From: Octopus bimaculoides
Taxonomy: Eukaryota
DNA: 48,997 bases
Direction: 5' to 3'
NCBI RefSeq assembly: GCF_001194135.2
Contig: NC_068985.1
Span: 6,491,423 to 6,540,419 of the forward strand
Shown: piece after piece, positions 38,218 through 48,997 of the stretch
How positions within the stretch are numbered: position 1 is the first letter of the stretch
Layout: the number at the start of each line of letters is the position of its first letter
The notes under the pieces: generated by a model
The model's input: only the letters and a program-made list of their open reading frames with translations
Told to the model about the DNA's origin: nothing
Databases searched by the model: none
Program-made: the position numbers and the translations under genes

Positions 38218-39006
38218 TCACTTGTTCAGGTCATCTCTACAAATTTGCTATAGAAATTATAGGCAGCAGTGATTTCGTGATGACGTTTCGTATCCGAAAC
38301 CCCTGGTGTAAACAAGAATGAAATCGAAGATGAACAATGGGTAATGGGTGTATATGCCCTATTCCAGAAGTTTTGCTCCTTCATCACCACCCATCCAACT
38401 AATAAATTATTCACGAACACGTTGCTTAAATAGCCACTAAATATAGTGGTGTAACGTTATTGGATACTCCTATTTTATACATTAAACATATTCCTACAAG
38501 CTGGATGTAATAGCACTGCTAACACAGTAGAAAACAATATTGAGTTATAAAACATTTGATATACTTTGTAGTGTATTATGATTGCATAACGAAATATAAT
38601 ATCCATACAAATCGTTAATATTTACGTACCAGTTCCAGGAATGTACTTAATATGTAAAATTGGTATATCCAATAACGTTACACCGCTATATTCAGTGGCC
38701 ATTTAAGCAGTGTGGTTGTAAATACTTAAGGAGTTGGGTGGGTGCTGGTGAAGGAGCTAAACGTCTGAAATATTGCATATACGCCCATTGCCCATTGTTT
38801 TCATATTCGATTTCATTGTTGTTTACATCAGGCGTCTTGGATATGGAACGTAGTAATAAAATCAGTGCTGGTTATATTTCCTATCGAACATCGGTACACA
38901 TAACTAACCTTGTCAAGTGATTTAATAACACTGCTAACACAATAGAACACAGTATTGACTCATGAAAACCTTTGATAAAAATTGTTGTATATTATCATTG
39001 CATAAC
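38218..39006. repeat. Inverted repeat with ~290-bp arms and a duplicated spacer (X-B-X'-B)
   Basis: 38218-38510 aligns with the reverse complement of 38621-38920. 38508-38590 is repeated directly at 38923-39006. Confidence 0.9.
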
Positions 39007-39347
39007 AAGATACGGTGTCCCTACAGTTCAAAGAAATGACATAAAACTTTTACTCAAACTTTGGGATTGTGTAGTTTTTGACATGATAAATAATCCGTTA
39101 ATTAGTTTTAACATGATAAATACACGTTAGCCATACCAGCTGGTAAGCATCGACGGGCTCGAAGGAAATTAACTATTACCTATATAGTCATTCTGCCAAC
39201 AAATGTCGTGACCACAAAAAAGCCGCGCCTCACCTTATGACAATCTCCAAACTCATCTAATTGTTTTGGTTAACGTATACACACGTTAACTCCTAGTTTC
39301 ATTTTTAATATTATGTTGGCCATATCGATTTCCTTTGTTCCTGATAG

Positions 39348-39389
39348 CATAAATCTAACGCCATCAGTATTTTCAGTAAAGATTCTCCT
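39348..39389 (+). CDS. Candidate 42-nt symmetric exon, HKSNAISIFSKDSP
   Basis: Acceptor tttcctttgttcctgatag|, donor CCT|gtgagg, phase 0-0, in frame with 39629. Confidence 0.25.
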
Positions 39390-39628
39390 GTGAGGGACGA
39401 AATTACGTCCGTCATCTTCAACAAATACTCAAATAGTACGATGTACAGAAAGGAGTGTCAGACTGGTAGATTCAATGGCAAAGCAACTGCTAGAGGCAAA
39501 GATAAAATATTTGGTAGTTTAAGCTGACAGAAATTTCAACTAGTCTTATGTTGATCTCCATCTGCTATCGAACATAAACTGTTGCAAATTTCAGTGGTAC
39601 AAGTTTTAAAGATACTAAACTGTTTCAG

Positions 39629-39721
39629 GATGAAGAACTCTCTCTCAGCTCCACATCAAGCAACAACTCGCTCTCCGATGTATCACGCCACGTGACGATT
39701 GCCGTTAATGATCATCAATAA
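39629..39721 (+). CDS. Candidate terminal coding exon, DEELSLSSTSSNNSLSDVSRHVTIAVNDHQ*
   Basis: Branch-like TACTAAAC plus tgtttcag| acceptor. Protein-like Ser-rich frame ending at TAA 39719-39721. Confidence 0.3.
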   Translation, partial: DEELSLSSTSSNNSLSDVSRHVTIAVNDHQ

Positions 39722-39961
39722 TATGCTAGGCAGAAGAATGTTTATAATGAACAAAGTTTCTACGACATTCCTCAGACTTATTATCACAAGACTCGCATGA
39801 CTCATAATGACCCAGTCTACTGCTTCTTGAAATGCACCGCCACAAAAAAGCTGGGGATAGCATGTCTGCCCTACAACATTGTGGATTGCAGATTAGACTA
39901 TACAGACAACGGGTTTTCCCCAGAGCATTGCCTCAAGACGCTCACCATTCCCGCCAGTCCT

Positions 39962-40026
39962 TAGAAGAAGAAGAAGAAGAAGACGAAGAAGAAGAAGAAG
40001 AAGAAGAAGAAGGAGGAGAAGAAGAA

Positions 40027-40058
<32 letters not shown>

Positions 40059-40101
40059 AGAAGACGAAGAAGGAGAAGAAGAAGAAGAAGAAGAAGAAGA
40101 A

Positions 40102-40133
<32 letters not shown>

Positions 40134-40733
40134 AGACGAAGAAGAAGGAGAAGAAGAAGNNNNNNNNNNNNNNNNNNNNNNNNNNNNNNNNNNNNNNNNN
40201 NNNNNNNNNNNNNNNNNNNNNNNNNNNNNNNNNNNNNNNNNNNNNNNNNNNNNNNNNNNNNNNNNNNNNNNNNNNNNNNNNNNNNNNNNNNNNNNNNNNN
40301 NNNNNNNNNNNNNNNNNNNNNNNNNNNNNNNNNNNNNNNNNNNNNNNNNNNNNNNNNNNNNNNNNNNNNNNNNNNNNNNNNNNNNNNNNNNNNNNNNNNN
40401 NNNNNNNNNNNNNNNNNNNNNNNNNNNNNNNNNNNNNNNNNNNNNNNNNNNNNNNNNNNNNNNNNNNNNNNNNNNNNNNNNNNNNNNNNNNNNNNNNNNA
40501 AGAGAAGACGAAGACGAAGAAGAAGAAGAAGAAGAAGAAGAAGAAGAAGAAGAAGAAGAAGAAGAAGAAGGAGAAGAAAGAGAAGACGAAGACGAAGAAG
40601 AAGAAGAAGAAGAAGAAGAAGAAGAAGAAGAAGAAGAAGAAGAAGAAGAAGAAGAAGAAAGAGAAGACGAAGAAGAAGAAGAAGAAGAAGAAGAAGAAGA
40701 AGAAGGAAGAAGAAGAAGAAGAAGAAGAAGAAG

Positions 40734-40762
<29 letters not shown>
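39962..40762. repeat. Large interrupted (GAA)n array with N-gap (40160-40499)
   Basis: GAA units interrupted by GAC, GAG, GGA and AGA variants. Confidence 0.97.
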
Positions 40763-40764
<2 letters not shown>

Positions 40765-41067
40765 TTTTTGAGGGAGCATACATGCTGAAACATCATATTG
40801 AGAATTATCGATGTTTGCATGCATCGCCAATATAGAACTAAGCAATATTATATCACAAGCATTGTTATAATAATGCATGCTTGCTCATCCTCGATGCAGT
40901 GGAAACAGGCGCAAACAAGAAAACCACTGAGGACAGCGAAATGATAAATATTGCATACATAATAGCCATATGAAATGAAAATACAAAAAAAAAAAGACAA
41001 GCTTAAAGGCACATAGTATACCAGCTTACCACTAAGCAACCATAAGGCATAGTATAAAAGCACAACA

Positions 41068-41226
41068 GGCGTAGGAGTAGCTGTGTGGTAAGTAGCTTGC
41101 TTACGAACTACATGTTTCCGGGTTCAGTCCCACTGCGTGGCACCTTGGGCAAGTGTCTTCTACTACAACCTCGGGCCGACCAAAACCTTGTGAGTGGATT
41201 TGGTAGACAGAAACTGAAAGAAGATC

Positions 41227-41276
<50 letters not shown>

Positions 41277-41459
41277 CACACANNNNNNNNNNNNNNNNNN
41301 NNNNNNNNNNNNNNNNNNNNNNNNNNNNNNNNNNNNNNNNNNNNNNNNNNNNNNNNNNNNNNNNNNNNNNNNNNNNNNNNNNNNNNNNNNNNNNNNNNNN
41401 NNNNNNNNNNNNNNNNNNNNNNNNNNNNNNNNNNNNNNNNNNNNNNNNNNNNNNNNNNN

Positions 41460-41499
<40 letters not shown>

Positions 41500-41700
41500 T
41501 TGCGTGTTTGTGTTTGATCCCCAACATCGCTCGACACCAGATGCTGGTGTGTTTACGTCCCTGTAACTTAGTGGTTCGGCAAAATAGACTGATAGAAGAA
41601 ATACTAGGATCCCCAAAAATACGTCCTGGGGTCGATTTGCTCGACTAAAGGCGGTGCTCCAGCATGGCCGCAGTCAAACAACTGAAACAAGTAAAATAGT
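41068..41700 (+). mobile_element. SINE type A with internal (CA)n-gap-(TG)n (gap 41283-41459)
   Basis: Head GGCGTAGGAGTAGCTGTGTGGTAAG...GGGTTCAGTCCCACTGCGTGGCACCTTGGGCAAGTG. Tail TAAAGGCGGTGCTCCAGCATGGCCGCAGTC. Confidence 0.92.
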
Positions 41701-41960
41701 AACTTATGATTCAGGAAAATTGTAAGATATATAAAGCACAGATGATCAGGATGCATATTCCGAAAAATAGCAGAGGAAGATTAATGACCATTCCAGAAGA
41801 GTTTAGAAAAAAATGGTTCTTTTAATTACTTCTAAATAGTCAAAATGAAAACCATGCAAATTAAACACGCAACTAATGAGCGATGTAATCTATGACTCCC
41901 ATATGTAACAGTATAATTCAATATGCAGTTGACTGGGGAATAAAACGGGATTCGCTTTCT

Positions 41961-41975
41961 CCGATAGGTGGCGCT
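41961..41975 (+). promoter_or_regulatory. CTCF-like motif
   Basis: CCGATAGGTGGCGCT resembles the CTCF core CCxxxAGGTGGCGC. Single motif, no binding data. Confidence 0.25.
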
Positions 41976-43329
41976 CCAATTGTGAAGTGCATCGTTAGGA
42001 AAATACATTGATGATAATAATTAGTTAAGAGTTATCCTGCTAGTGCTATTTTTGGTGTCAATAGAAACTCGAAATTATGTCGCAAAATAATGAAATGCGT
42101 TTGAAGAATCAGTTTTACAAAACTGTCATGAGATTTGCCTACGACTCTAATCCCACTGATATTGGCTGCTATCGTAATTAGAGAATGAAAAACCTCATAT
42201 GTATATAACAAAAATATGAATTAAGTCTATGATTATTTCTTTTAATTTTTCTAGCTCGTAAACATCTAGTGTCTTGCTAAGTTGAGAACACAGATTTCGT
42301 GGTAAGACGCTTTGACGTCTATTTTTAGCACAGAAGGGATCCACAGAGTGGTCTCTTCTCTTGTTTATATTTTAATACAATTCAGGATCCTCGGAGGGTT
42401 TTTTTTTTAAGTATGCTGACCACTGGTTGAAGTTGATATTATTTAATAATAGTAATTTCTACTCTTGTTGTAAAAATATGAGACTCTATAACATTTAGCT
42501 ACACCACTTCCTTCCATACATGTCATACACATACACATACACGCGTGCTCGAACATACGTGCATGTGTGACACACACATAGACATGTGTACTCAAGCACA
42601 CGGACCCGTATACTCACACTCACAGACACATATACATACACGCACACTAACACATATGGAATTAAACACATTGAATAATCTTTTGATTTCTGATCCAGAA
42701 AGTGTGTCCACTGAATTTCGCAATGCAACGTATTGTATTTTTCTATAAATTTGGAAGTTTATTCCGGTACACAAACGCGTGTTTTACTTGCAAGTGATAA
42801 GGAATTTTGATGTAGAATAATACTTTCAGTGTAAATTATTCTTCTAATTCTATTGCTTTGTTTTTCCTTTATCCTCATCTAAATTTATCTTCTCCAACTA
42901 GCATACATTTACTCATTCTCCATTTGTTGTGTCACTCTTCCGGCGCCAGTGTGACATCGAACAAAATACTTGTCTAATTATTATACGATTTACAGCAACA
43001 GCTAAATGTAAATTCAGTTTTGAAAATATCTTATTGAGATATACAATGACAATGTTTAATTCGTATAGATTCGATTTATTCTTATTCATTTCATTATTTT
43101 ACGTTTTATGGCTTTTGTGGAAGCAAGTGTTTTAGTGTAAAATGAAATGAAATAAATATTTAATATTTCACTTTAACATGTGACTTATCAATATTGCTCA
43201 TAATATAATGGCAGGAAAGCATATAATTACAATTCTTTTCACTTGCGCCATAAATAGGAAAAATATAAGCCATAATATGACAAATAATTTTTATTTATAT
43301 CTTTCTATATATGCGCTTCGTCGACCTAT

Positions 43330-44035
43330 CCAGTGCAATGCAAATATTCCACACCAAATTTTCCAGAGTAGACTTCATATTCTCAGTTTGATATCCAGTA
43401 TCTTTCACAAGTTGATCGATATAGAATCTTCTTGGTCTTCCGATCCCTTGCATGCCTATACGTGTGTTTCCAGAGGAGATCCCTGGACATTTCTTTCTTA
43501 TCTCTCCATCAATGTCCTACAAAACATGTTCTCCTTTCTATGATTTCCAAATGAAAGCAGGAAACTGACATATAGTCGCTTATTTGTTGGGGGCTGAATC
43601 TGAGAAAGACTGAGAACTGCACGAAGCATTCTCATGTATGTGATTCCAAGCTTCTTTTAAAGTCTCTTTTTCGGTGTACATACTAAAAACAACAGAGACG
43701 TACTCATTCGACTACTACTTGAAAGAGACTCCTCTACATATTCTCAGAAAGAGATTTCCATATAATTCTGAGTTTGCCTAGAGTACTCCATGTTTTTGCA
43801 ATGCCTACCTGGACATGATTCGTTATTTAAGCAATGTTACTTCTCAGATAGGTAATGCGATCAAACCTCTTCAGATCGGTGCCATTCAAAGCCCAGATAT
43901 CACCTGTTACCTTAGAGTCCTTAGGGCTCATAGTGCTATTTTGTACCACTGCAGTCGCGAGCGCACGCAACACCTTCTCTCCTACTTCTTTATCACCTAC
44001 AAGATCAAAATCATCTTGCATAGTTAACATCCGAC
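43330..44035 (-). mobile_element. RTE-type LINE ORF C-terminal fragment, decayed
   Basis: Minus frames GIAKTWSTLGKLRIIWKS...FQVVVE...ERRTCFVGH and RIGRPRRFYIDQLVKDTG. Confidence 0.8.
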
Positions 44036-44088
44036 ATTCTTACTGCAAAAGTTGAACATTGTGTGAGTGGGAAGACTGTGATAAAATA

Positions 44089-44823
44089 TTGGGTCATCGC
44101 CTAAATAATGCGTTTTATTTTATACTTCTTTTATTTTTCAAAATTAAGATAAACGAAGTTCCTGTTTAATCTAAAATATACTCGCCTTCATTTTCTACAA
44201 TACGCTTCCATCTATCTGGTAGATTTACAAGGCCCCTCTTCCAAAATTCACTTGTCCGTGATGGAGAATACTCCTCCAATACAGTTCTGACCTCGTCGAC
44301 AGAATTCATATTTTTTCCGTCCAAATGATTGTTAAGCCAACGGAATAAATGATAATCAGATGAGACAATGTCCGGTAAATATGGTGGGTGGGGCATCGTT
44401 TCCCATTCAAACTGCTCCAGCCTTTGCAATGTCATCTTCGCTGTATGAGGCCGAGTATTATTCTGATGGAAGAACACCTTTCATGTTGAAATCAAAGATG
44501 GTCGTTTTTTGTCGCTCAGGTGTTGATGAATGATTGAATGATGAAATCCAAGCCTCTCAGATAGTTCCCCAAACGTTACGGATTTGTTTCGCTAGATTTT
44601 GCAGGACGCACTCGTCGAGCTGTACAGATATTTCAAGATGGGTCTCGTCTTCTAGGCTGTAGTTTCTGGCTCAGAATTTCTGGAACTACCGTTGACACAG
44701 GCTTACGGTTATTGTCCGATCTCCATAAACTGCATTAATATTCCCCACACTTTCCGTTGTGTTGTTGCCTTTATGAACTGATGAAGCAAAATATGCCGAT
44801 TATTTATTTATGGGATGACCCAA
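44089..44823 (-). mobile_element. Mariner transposon, internally deleted, both TIRs present
   Basis: TIRs TTGGGTCATC... at both ends, TA at 44087-44088 and 44824-44825. C-terminus HQNNTRPHTAK...HPPYLPDIVSSDYHLF...GLVNLPDRWKRIVENEGEY. Decayed N-terminal HTH at 44500-44770. Confidence 0.9.
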
Positions 44824-44974
44824 TATATGTACAATATATCATGACGCTTAAAATATTACGAACTGCGATTTTTAGATGTGTCAGTGCGAAAATATTCTGT
44901 AAAATGTGAAAACATATAATACAGAAATTTGAAAGCAGTTATTCAGCTAATTTAGGATAGGAACAAAACTAGAA

Positions 44975-44977
<3 letters not shown>

Positions 44978-45022
<45 letters not shown>

Positions 45023-45484
45023 NNNNNNNNNNNNNNNNNNNNNNNNNNNNNNNNNNNNNNNNNNNNNNNNNNNNNNNNNNNNNNNNNNNNNNNNNNNNNN
45101 NNNNNNNNNNNNNNNNNNNNNNNNNNNNNNNNNNNNNNNNNNNNNNNNNNNNNNNNNNNNNNNNNNNNNNNNNNNNNNNNNNNNNNNNNNNNNNNNNNNN
45201 NNNNNNNNNNNNNNNNNNNNNNNNNNNNNNNNNNNNNNNNNNNNNNNNNNNNNNNNNNNNNNNNNNNNNNNNNNNNNNNNNNNNNNNNNNNNNNNNNNNN
45301 NNNNNNNNNNNNNNNNNNNNNNNNNNNNNNNNNNNNNNNNNNNNNNNNNNNNNNNNNNNNNNNNNNNNNNNNNNNNNNNNNNNNNNNNNNNNNNNNNNNN
45401 NNNNNNNNNNNNNNNNNNNNNNNNNNNNNNNNNNNNNNNNNNNNNNNNNNNNNNNNNNNNNNNNNNNNNNNNNNNNNNNNNNNN

Positions 45485-45531
<47 letters not shown>

Positions 45532-45540
45532 ATATATATA
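44978..45540. repeat. (TA)n around an N-gap (45023-45484), then (TG)n
   Basis: Direct reading. Confidence 0.95.
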
Positions 45541-46815
45541 GCGAAACATAAGCAACGTCCACTAATTATTCTAATGATTATTTTTCAGTTCCTTACTTTT
45601 TACAAGACTCTGGACAAAAATATGTTCAACTAGTATAGAATTATTAGCATTTGCCAAATGCGAACCACAGTGCGTTTGAAAATATCAGAACTGCCCAACG
45701 AAACATCTGTCTGTAAAATACCGATCTCTGAATCAAAATCGTGAAGTTCACCACAGTAAAAATGATTGTATTGGCGCTTGATTTCGAGTGCTTTTTCTAT
45801 TCACTGTAACCTATGAAATATCATATTGTACATAATGAGCCTGTCAATAGACGAGAAACTATATTGAGTAGTTGGAGGTTACCACACCTATTTATCTTCC
45901 GAATAATTTATGATGCGTTTTATAAGATTGAAATTATTATGGAAATACATTAAGCAGTATTCGTTTTTGGCGACAGAATATTTTCGAGTTGTCTACTTGC
46001 CAGCTTCCAACTTTCTGTGACTGTGTCAATTACACTTTATTTGTCAATCTCTCAATCTTTCTCTTTTACTCTCTTTGCCTTCCTCTCAGAATTGCACGGA
46101 GATAAATTCTTTCCATCACATCGTTTCTGTACTAACGTTTGTTTACTTGCGTCGTTCTTCGATATCGGTTTTTCTGTTTCTGAAACGTGCACGCGAGCGC
46201 GCATTCACGAAAAGGACAACACACACATACACTTAGAGAAAGAGGACAACACGCACATACACGCACACACTCACATACACACACACTAATGAAGAGAAAA
46301 TCCGATATACAGGCACACGCATTCATATTCATATTCGTTTTAGCTATTTCCATTCACGAATTTCTTCCTTTCATACACTGGCAATATTCTTCTTAGTAGA
46401 TGTGCTAGATGTCACTATTCCTCTCAAAACTACATAGTTTATCGTAATATTATTCAGTACGTATAATGAGAGATAAAGATCAACATATTTTACTTAAAAC
46501 CTCAACAAAGATCCGATAACATTTCTTGAATTAGAATGGCTGCATTAGAAACTATACTTAACACTCGCAGACATTTTGGTGCCTGAACTTTCAAGAGCTT
46601 TACCTTCTGCAGATCATACATACAATTACACAGGGAAGTATATAAACATATATGCTTAAATACATACATACACACACAAGTGCATACATAAATACACACC
46701 CAAACGCGCTCACCCATACATATATATACACACAGAAACATATATATGTATGTGTGCGTACGCAAGCAAATATAAATATATTTTATATATTATTAATGCG
46801 TTTGTTCTTATAAAA

Positions 46816-46823
46816 TTATTATG

Positions 46824-46867
<44 letters not shown>

Positions 46868-46905
46868 CATTATTATTATTATTATTATCAGTATTATTAT
46901 TATTA

Positions 46906-46936
<31 letters not shown>

Positions 46937-46938
46937 CA

Positions 46939-46984
<46 letters not shown>

Positions 46985-46989
46985 CATCA

Positions 46990-47035
<46 letters not shown>

Positions 47036-47052
47036 CATTATTATTTTTATTT

Positions 47053-47095
<43 letters not shown>

Positions 47096-47150
47096 CATTA
47101 TTATTATTATTATTATTATTATTCTTATTATTATTCTTATTATTATTATT
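46816..47150. repeat. (ATT)n/(ATC)n array, about 330 bp
   Basis: Direct reading. Confidence 0.97.
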
Positions 47151-47533
47151 GTCTTTTCACAGCTTCTAACGCTGGAGAGTTTCGGCTGCTCACTACCAGT
47201 GAAGTGAGGTAACACCGTTGTATTTTTCGAGCACCTTCCGGAGTATTCAAGCGGGGCCGAGCAGTGCTGCTTTTTACAAGCGCTGCAAACTTATTGCAAC
47301 CTTATTGCAACCCCTATTTGTTCCATGTGCTTCGAAAGACTTTTTTACTCACTCTTCTCAGGACTCTGATAATTATTGGTACTGCTACTACCTTTTTCAT
47401 GGTCCACAACTGCTTAACTTCCCAAGCTAACCTGTCATATCTATCAACTTTTCTTTCTTCCTTATTGAATAGCTTGTTGTCAGCTGGGCATGCTATATCT
47501 ATGATCCAGCATCGTTTGCTTTCTTTCTCAATT
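47151..47533 (-). mobile_element. 5'-truncated R4/Dong-type element, same family as 15105-16120
   Basis: Minus frame IEKESKRCWIIDIACPADNKLFNKEERKVDRYDRLAWEVKQLW. 3'UTR aligns with 16030-16110. Confidence 0.9.
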
Positions 47534-47534
47534 A

Positions 47535-47864
47535 TTTCTTCTTCTTCTTCTTCTTCTTCTTCTTCTTCTTCTTCTTCTTCTTCTTCTCCTCCTCCTCCTC
47601 CTCCTNNNNNNNNNNNNNNNNNNNNNNNNNNNNNNNNNNNNNNNNNNNNNNNNNNNNNNNNNNNNNNNNNNNNNNNNNNNNNNNNNNNNNNNNNNNNNNN
47701 NNNNNNNNNNNNNNNNNNNNNNNNNNNNNNNNNNNNNNNNNNNNNNNNNNNNNNNNNNNNNNNNNNNNNNNNNNNNNNNNNNNNNNNNNNNNNNNNNNNN
47801 NNNNNNNNNNNNNNNNNNNNNNNNNNNNNNNNNNNNNNNNNNNNNNTTATTATCATCATCATCA

Positions 47865-47915
<51 letters not shown>

Positions 47916-47923
47916 TTATTATA

Positions 47924-47970
<47 letters not shown>
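47535..47970. repeat. (TTC)n(CCT)n, N-gap (47606-47846), (ATC/ATT)n
   Basis: Direct reading. Confidence 0.95.
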
Positions 47971-47971
<1 letters not shown>

Positions 47972-48484
47972 CTTTTGTTTATATGAATTTTGAAATGATT
48001 AATGTGCTATTGGACAACAACCATGAAAAGTTCCACTCTGCAGAAATTTATTACATGAAATCGACTCCAGCTATTATTTCATGCCGCTTCATCTTATAAC
48101 GTATCTTATTTTTACTTTTCCCCAGCCAATTTCGAAATATTAGCACACAACCAAGTCAATAAATCGAACTGTGCGGAATGACATACACAAAAAAGATTTA
48201 CGTATGTATACATGCACAAGCTGATATACCACGGTGGTCATACGAATGCGTATATACATGCATACAGACACCCATTCATGTACCATTATATGCATACATA
48301 AATGCATGATTTTTATCCCTCGTTACACCTATTGGATAAATGCATGTGCATCACCATGATCTTAGCAGTCGATAAGGTGACGCACAATCACTCAGCACCG
48401 AGTGCAAAGCATCTAATAGCAGAAACAGCTGTAAGCTAATGACATTCGTCATAATTATCTCTTCCGTTGTCATTAATTTATATA

Positions 48485-48877
48485 GGCGCAGGGGTGGCTG
48501 TGTGCTAAGTAACCTACATACCAACCACATGCTTCCGGGTTTAGTCTCACTACGTGGCACCTTGGGCAAGTGTCTTCTACTATAGCCTCGAGCCGACCAA
48601 AGCCTTGTGAGTGGTTTTCGTAGACAGAAACTGAAAGAAGCCCGTCGTATATATATATATGCATTTGCGTGTCTCTGTTTGTCCCTCCCCCACAATGGCT
48701 TTACAACCGATGTTGGTGTGTTTGCGTCATCGTAAGTTAGCGGTTCGGCAAAAGACACCGATAGAATAAGTACTAAGTTTACAAAGAATAAGAACTGGGG
48801 TGGATTTATTCGACTAAAGGATGTGCTCCAGCCTTCCCGCAGTCAAATGAGTGAAACAAATAATAGAATAAAAGAAT
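48485..48877 (+). mobile_element. SINE type A, full length, short internal (TA)n
   Basis: Complete head, body and tail align with the 41068 copy. Confidence 0.93.
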
Positions 48878-48997
48878 ATCTATGTGTGTGTGTGCGCGTG
48901 TGTGTATATATATATATATATATATGTATGTGTATATATATATATATATATACATACATACATACACACACACAGACACACAGACACACACACACAC

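Noticed and set aside
39832-40788. Poly-Glu ORF suggesting an acidic protein
   Set aside because: It is a translation of the GAA array plus gap, and all frames are open for the same reason.
42255-42301. 47-nt segment with strong acceptor and donor
   Set aside because: Stops in all three frames. Kept only as a calibration of how easily splice-like pairs arise here.

Overview
AT-rich, microsatellite-dense animal DNA with nine N-gaps. The SINE families, the Penelope/RTE/R4-Dong/mariner mix and the repeat density point to a coleoid cephalopod, probably Octopus (inference). No intact protein-coding gene, rRNA, tRNA gene or CRISPR array can be supported. Nearly all long ORFs in the track are microsatellite or N-gap artefacts, or decayed transposon pieces. 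Supported content: four SINE types (about 15 copies), Penelope-like fragments, R4/Dong-type and RTE LINE fragments, two internally deleted mariners and a 141-bp TA-flanked MITE. Structure not explained by standard features: (1) a 129-bp inverted duplication, 128/129 identical, 4.65 kb apart, with one copy abutting an (ATT)n array; (2) a fold-back at 38.2-39.0 kb with an X-B-X'-B layout; (3) a 670-bp fold-back at 32.3-32.9 kb; (4) a structured GC-rich island at 8.1-8.3 kb with degenerate hammerhead-ribozyme topology beside a Penelope fragment; (5) strict co-orientation within each SINE family; (6) weak evidence for small plus-strand host exons. Protein and family assignments are by-eye motif recognition; no database search was run.
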